A stretch of 27,410 bases of DNA from Vezdaea acicularis (taxonomy: Eukaryota), in the NCBI GenBank assembly GCA_026025075.1, contig JAPEUI010000074.1:62001-89410 (forward strand). Reading direction: 5' to 3'. The notes under the pieces are model-generated. The model was not told the DNA's origin. It saw only the letters and a program-made list of their open reading frames with translations, and did no database searches. Shown piece after piece: positions 21,680 to 27,410 of this stretch; the first letter of the stretch is position 1; each line of letters begins with the position of its first letter. The position numbers and the translations under genes are program-made.

Positions 21680-22138
21680 GTCGCTCACAGAGTTTCGTGT
21701 GCGTGGAGTTCTGATATAGGAGCTGGCGACCTGGTGGAATTTGCTCCCTGGACTGTCGGCTTTCCTTTCGTTTGGCTAAACTCTTAGACCTAGCGATGCA
21801 GGGTAGCACATGTTTCCTCAACTTTCAGACTGAATTGCTACTGCACCACGTCAAGGCTCTTTATAACATCCCTGATTCGTGCGGTATAATCTTTTCGGTT
21901 ATCTAACTCTGGGGCTTTTCTCTTTTGCTTTGGCTTATCCTTACTTCCGAGAGATTCTTGAAACATTGAAGACAAGTTTCGTAGTCTAACAATTACTTGG
22001 GAGCTGCGCGGCAGATGCTGTGAGGTCTTTGTCACACCCGAGCCAACTCTCCGCCCACTCTCGCCCGGCTAGGCCCCCAGGCCTTTAAACTAGTCACAGC
22101 TGAGTTGAGCGCAAGCACTCGACAACGCAAAGATTGAC

Positions 22139-23718
22139 ATGGAGTCTTCACAGAAGGTACGTAGTGAGCCTTGCTTCTTCGTTGCGCTCAAGCCTTAATT
22201 TTGTGAATTCCTTATAAGAGCTTCAGCTCCGCTTCTGCATTCAAGCCTACCTGCTAACCTACACCGTTGTCTTCGATGGCAATCTTTCATCTCCAAAAAT
22301 GGCTGATCTAAGTATCATCACCGATCAGGAAGGGCATCTTGCCTACATATCATGCGATCCAGCAAACTCTGATGGCTCTATCTTGCCAGAACCAAACAAT
22401 CCTAGTTCATCCTTAACAACTGCGTTGAAGCGGAGCAATCCTGGACAAAGCACAGATGGCCAGCCAAATCCAGGTCCTGCAAAAGCAACCTTTTGCCATC
22501 GCATGTACGAACGATTTCAGCGGCTTCTCACAGTTATCCTTGATAGGAGGGCTTTTGACCCTATTACCACGGAGAGTATGAATTCCCTGCCAGCCACTGA
22601 ACCTCTCAGCTTACCCGATACTAGTCAATGCTCGCCCAGAGGGATATCCCCGGGTTGGAGCTTTCATTGACAGTGACCCTCAGTTTGTGATATATCGCAG
22701 GTTTGGATACCTGCGGCATCGCCTCATCCTTAGAATACAAGACGAATTGAGCAGTTTAGAAAAGACCTTAGAGACGACCGACAATTACATAGCTACATGT
22801 GATCCCCACACTTTGATATCCCGGGGCAAATATGAAAATGCAAAGCTTCCCGTAGGACCAAGCCCATCTAGTATTCTTGCTCAAATCAAAGAGAAGCTGA
22901 GGGAATATGGTGTGTGCATGCATCCTCCCCTCAGATCCAATGGCTAATTTCGTTGAAAAGATGAGATAGTCCAAAACACGAAAGCGGCCCTTGCTATCCC
23001 AAAGCCAACAGATCAGAGCATCAATAGTTACTATAAATATATGGAGGACAAAAAGATGCTGTATGAGCCTGAGAGGCGATATGTCCGCCATGCTACGGAT
23101 CTTATGCACCTATGCCCTAACCAAGATGGCTCATGGTTAACCCGCGTAGTGGAGGAGCTATACCAAGTCTCATTGGGCGACTCGGATACTGAACACCCAG
23201 ACAAGGCCAAGAAGGTTCGTATACCAGCTATGTCATGCATCTTTATACAAAGCTGAACAGATTCTTAGTCTTGGCTTGCTTCAGATGATGAGTGGCGGAG
23301 AACGCACGACCACCAGTTGAGGCTGTACAAAAGATCTCGCATTGAGAAGGTTACCACCTTGATCGTTCTTGGATTTTTCATGGGATGCTTTATTCTCCCC
23401 ATCCTGCTCCTAGCGGATGTCAGTACGAGCAACAAGCAACGGACTGTGATTGTTTTGGTGTTTGCTACGGTCTTTACGCTGTTGCTGGTCCTCATGACGA
23501 GGGCTAGGAGACACGAGGTGTTTACCGCCGGAGCAACGTAAGTCTTATGATTTGAGCGAGCTATCCCGATCTTGCCTTCCATTTCTTGCTCGTTGTAAAC
23601 GCTTGCTTCGTCGCGGAAGGAATCACGCAAATAGCTAACCCGATGCTTCTTTATCAGCTACTGCGCCGTGTTGGTTGTCTTCCTTAGCACTCAGGGACAA
23701 AGATCAGTGTCTCCGTAA
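22139..23718 (+). CDS. DUF6594-family fungal membrane protein, about 377 aa; exons 22139-22156 (tentative; alternative start 22299), 22329-22575, 22625-22909, 22961-23214, 23269-23537, 23658-23718
   Basis: Phase-consistent GT-AG introns reconstruct the family signature: PEGYPRVGAFIDSDPQFVIYRRFGYLRHRLILRIQDELSSLEKTL...IKEKLREYDEIV...LYKRSRIEKV, then hydrophobic helices and ARRHEVFTAGATYCAVLVVFLS. The first exon is less certain than the rest. Confidence 0.85.
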
Positions 23719-24468
23719 CCATTTCGTCCTTCTAGTATCCGTTAATCAAGCAATATGTTAATCTAGCGACAACTCAAGTTGCTTCTAACTCGGTGCACTG
23801 AGAAGATTAAGAAGTCTGCGGAGCATATGGCATTTACGGTCGCAGATCCTTAGGGTATCGGAGTGCTTAGCATAGAGCCTAGAAGGAGCGTTGGTATTCC
23901 AAATCTTTATTACTGAGTAACGTAGCAGGGGTGCTTTGTGCTATGTGCTGCAGTCTCACTTCATTTCATGCATGACTCCTTATAGGCATGGCTTAGATTA
24001 GCTTGAGAAGGTGGATCATCCAATGTTATGCTGTTATTCATTAAGCTCGTGATGTAGGGTGTGCTGGCATCATTCCACCCTGCATACCTTAGCAAACCCC
24101 GCATTGGTTGCTTGGGATGTACTCAGTAGACCAAATTCCTTAGCTTTGGCGCATATATGGAAACAGTTAGCAAACCATTAGTCTCCTCCTTCACACTTCC
24201 CGCTCTCCGGGCTGTTATAGTGAGGTACGAAGAGTCAGGGCCACTACTGTCCCACTAGAAAGTGGCGTCCGATTCTCGCAATACTTCACCGTCCGCTCTT
24301 CGGCCTTAAACACGTATTTTGGTTGCAGACGACATCTTCAAATCTCTTGAGCTACCGTGATAAGTTCTTTAGAATTACAAGCGGAACTGTGGTCGTGATG
24401 CTGGAAGGGCAGGAAAGTCCATTCTAAATTCTTAACGGAACAGTATGAGCACTGACCCCAGGTAACTA

Positions 24469-24550
24469 CAATGGGGGGGGGCCAAAGTCCGAATGCACAT
24501 TGGCGCGTGAAGTGAGGCCAGGGTGTATCCAGGCTTCTGCCTGCCCACTG
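24469..24550. mobile_element. Degenerate 82-bp Tc1/mariner (impala/mimp-like) MITE relic
   Basis: TA at 24467-68 and 24551-52. Left end CAATGGGGGGGGGCCAAAGTCCGAATGCAC; reverse complement of right end CAGTGGGCAGGCAGAAGCCTGGATACAC. Both resemble the impala/mimp-type TIR pattern CAGTGGG..GCAA.AAGTTTGAATACA, but they are diverged from each other. Confidence 0.45.
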
Positions 24551-26829
24551 TATTTGACGGTGGACCTTAGCGCTATTGAAAATTATGCCTGAAAGAGTAA
24601 GTTCGGCAGTTCCGAACGGCGGATCACAGCATGCATCGAGAAGAACGAAGGCCGTCTCAAATCTGATGATGCTCGTCTAAGAAGGACTACTTCGAGGACG
24701 ATGGAGGTGAGCATGCTCCAACTTTTGCAGTGTAAATAAGGCACTAACAATCGAGTAAGAACAGTCTAAATCGAAGGTTCGGCCCGGTCGATTAAGTTAC
24801 AGTAGCTGCGGGAACGGTACAAGCGCAAAACCTTGAAGAGGAAAACCCAAAAACAACATCTTACAATTTTCCAAGACCGTTGCCTTCACATTACGCAAAT
24901 CCAACACATGAGGTCTAATTAAGGCCCCACGTTCAATGCGATTGCGCAAGGTGTACTGCATTATCAGATCAGATCGCTACGCCTCATTTGCCTCGAATGG
25001 TGGTTCGCGGACGATGAAGCTTTCGTAAAGATTTGAGGTGGCATGCGATAAGCGCAGAAGGGTTCATCTAACTTAGATCTCTTACGAATCAAGAAGTATG
25101 TATAGATGGAGCGCACACTTTGCAGCTGCTATAAGACCGTAGCTCCTGATGCTAGTGGTGCCTACAGCATACCGTGGGGTTATGTAGGGGAACAATGAAA
25201 GGACTTCCGATCACCAAAAATAATTTAAGTGGATAGACGTGTCCTTTGCGACGCTACTCTTAATCTACCATCTTTTTCACCATCGAGAGCATGCAGTCTA
25301 TACGACTGGTGATCCAACTGCCACCCGACGGAAATATGTGAACAACAGAAGAGAGTCAGTGGCTCATTTGATACATATAATGAACTGCTAGGCGTACCTG
25401 CCACCTGTCTCGGCATTTCATTCGCACTGGGGCTCGTTACCCTCCTGCGTAGCTTACAGATGACGCTTCCTACGTAGTAGCAGAGGCACTCAGCCTCGAT
25501 TATCTACGGCGAAGCAGGCACGCAGATATCGATATTCAATTTGGACCCATGGTCTTCAAGGAGAGGTAGCAATTTTGCAACGACCATGATCGCCAGGATT
25601 CTGTGGATCACCAAAGGCTGGAGCAGGCACTTACAGAAGCGTATATGACCCTGTTCAGGTCAAAGTCTTGGGATTCTCCAAGACAATAAGCAACTCCTTG
25701 CTGCTCTCAATTTGTGGAGACTAAGAAAGCATGTTCTTGCTCGAGCGCTTCCGTCCGAAAGTTGTTTGATACCCTTTTGGATAACGCCCGTGGCAGGCGC
25801 ATTATAGGATCACCTTAGCACGATATATTCTGTAAAGATCTTATGAAATAAGTTCATGATCACAGATATACTCTACAAGAGGATCGGCCCAGCTCTCCAA
25901 TTGCCCGAACCCTTCGACGTGGTATTGTGGCGTTGCGTGCTATCGCTAATTGCAGCCATACGTTGGAAGGATGAGACAATGAACTTTCGAAGATACCCGA
26001 TCATCATTCTACCAACGATATATAGGATTTATACGACTGCTTTCATGCAGATCTGAACGTCTAAAATCAGTGGACAAGCGTCAAGGTAAACGCTTTGAAT
26101 ACTCTAAATCAGCACGAATCAGGTCCTTAGGAGGTCGCCGTAGAGTACACCATATGACGGCGGTTTAGCCTCGATGCATCTGTTCCACGGTGAGGTGACT
26201 ATGGTTAGATGTGGTCGAACGTCCTCTGTAATGAGTCTGCGTCAAATCAAAGACAGAAGGGCACACCGGCACAGGATGAAGCGCTCGATCAGTCAATATC
26301 CAGACACACCCTGATTGACTCTAGCCCGACATAACTAGTGCATCCTGTCCCAATGCGTGTTCCCTTGTGGTCGTGAACAAGTATCAGCGACACGAAAACT
26401 TGGTCCTGGCCCAATTACCTTAGACGATAGCTGAGCCAGACTGACAATTATCAAATCAACCGTACGAAACAAAGCAACTCGTGACCCTGCGGATGAGGAA
26501 AATATGCTATGGTGAACCCGCGGCCCCTGCTGTGTGTTGGAACGCTCAAATCCGATCAATGCCTATTCTCAAAATTAAGGTTAAGCGCAACCGTAACGAC
26601 GTCACATTAGAGTACTTCCGACAAATGGTCTCGGGCGAATTTTGCGGGGCAAAGCAGATGTGCCGGGAGGCATATATTGCGGTAGCCCATGACCGTCTAC
26701 ATCTTTTGGTTCTGTTTATTTGACTTTTTGATCCTTCACTGCGCTTCTCCAACACCTTTCCCCATCGTGCCTCGGCGAAAGAAGCCAAAGTCCTTCAGCT
26801 CGCTGTAGACGTCGGATCAGATAACGCAT

Positions 26830-27252
26830 ATGGCATCTACAGACGGCGTCGCTCAACCCATCTCTGCTACCGCCACCTCTGAAGAGGGCCCAATCCGTAA
26901 CCGGTCACCCTCCCCTAGCCATAAGAAGCCCTGGCACGTCCACTGGGGTCGCATCCCTGCAGGTCCGAAGTCTTCGCGCGAGCAAGCCAAGAAAGAAGCC
27001 GGCCCTAGTCTATTCACTGTTGATGAGTTGACGAGGAAGCAGAAAGACGAGGGAGGGAAAGAAAAGAACTTGGAGAGTGGGGAAGGTTCATTGCTGGATG
27101 AGGAGAAGCCGATGGAGAAGCAGGCGGGCGTTGTGTGGAAGCAAGGAGAGGGGTGGATGCCAAGGAAGGAGGGAGAAAAGGAGGACAGGAAGAAAGGAAC
27201 TTGGGGAAGGGCAGCAAGAGCCGCCATGGGGGGGTCGGGATGGATCAAGTAA
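26830..27252 (+). CDS. Small hydrophilic K/E/G-rich hypothetical protein, 140 aa
   Basis: ATG in a good context after a pyrimidine-rich leader, strongly purine-rich GAG/AAG codon usage, and a clean stop. No family recognised. Confidence 0.65.
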   Translation: MASTDGVAQPISATATSEEGPIRNRSPSPSHKKPWHVHWGRIPAGPKSSREQAKKEAGPSLFTVDELTRKQKDEGGKEKNLESGEGSLLDEEKPMEKQAGVVWKQGEGWMPRKEGEKEDRKKGTWGRAARAAMGGSGWIK

Positions 27253-27410
27253 AGATGATGGTGAGCGTCCAGTAAAGTTAGGTATCGGATCCGATTAGAT
27301 CGTGCCCTGATAGCCGCAAGTTTAGGAGGTGCGCTCTTTCGAGAAAGGTTGGCCCACTACATCGTCAGAGCTCTACTCTGTTGAAATCGAGAGTGTTACA
27401 GTGGGGGGTC

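Noticed and set aside
22299..23541. Apparent frameshifted or pseudogenised DUF6594 fragments in the ORF track
   Set aside because: Every break is explained by a short phase-consistent GT-AG intron, so the gene appears intact.
26853..27248. 131-aa antisense ORF
   Set aside because: It is the F/S/P-rich mirror of the purine-rich + strand gene.
1..27410. tRNA, rRNA, CRISPR arrays, intact transposase or secondary-metabolite cluster
   Set aside because: No such signatures were seen by eye; a covariance-model search would be needed to exclude small RNAs.

Overview
A 27.4-kb window of filamentous ascomycete (Pezizomycotina-type) genomic DNA, judged from short GT-AG introns with CTRAC/CTAAC-like branch sites and fungal protein families. 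I hand-spliced the gene models from the sequence. In order: a secreted, probably GPI-anchored APP1/DUF2183-type phosphatidate phosphatase-like gene (+); a secreted Cys-rich orphan (+); a 6-exon Uls1/Ris1-like SNF2-RING ATPase (-); a ZMIZ-like SP-RING (MIZ zinc finger) protein (-); a 184-bp MITE in the middle of a divergent promoter; a Boi1/Boi2-like SH3-SAM-PH polarity scaffold (+). An accessory-looking right arm follows, with a 2-exon orphan carrying tandem SH3/Tudor-like barrels directly upstream of a multi-exon DUF6594 membrane-protein gene, a degenerate 82-bp impala/mimp-like MITE, possible decayed coding relics and a small charged orphan gene. The best candidates for an undescribed system are the barrel-protein/DUF6594 pair and the adjacent SUMO-pathway-like pair (SP-RING protein plus Uls1-like translocase). 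Both are inferences from adjacency and motifs. No database searches were run, so family names rest on motif recognition.
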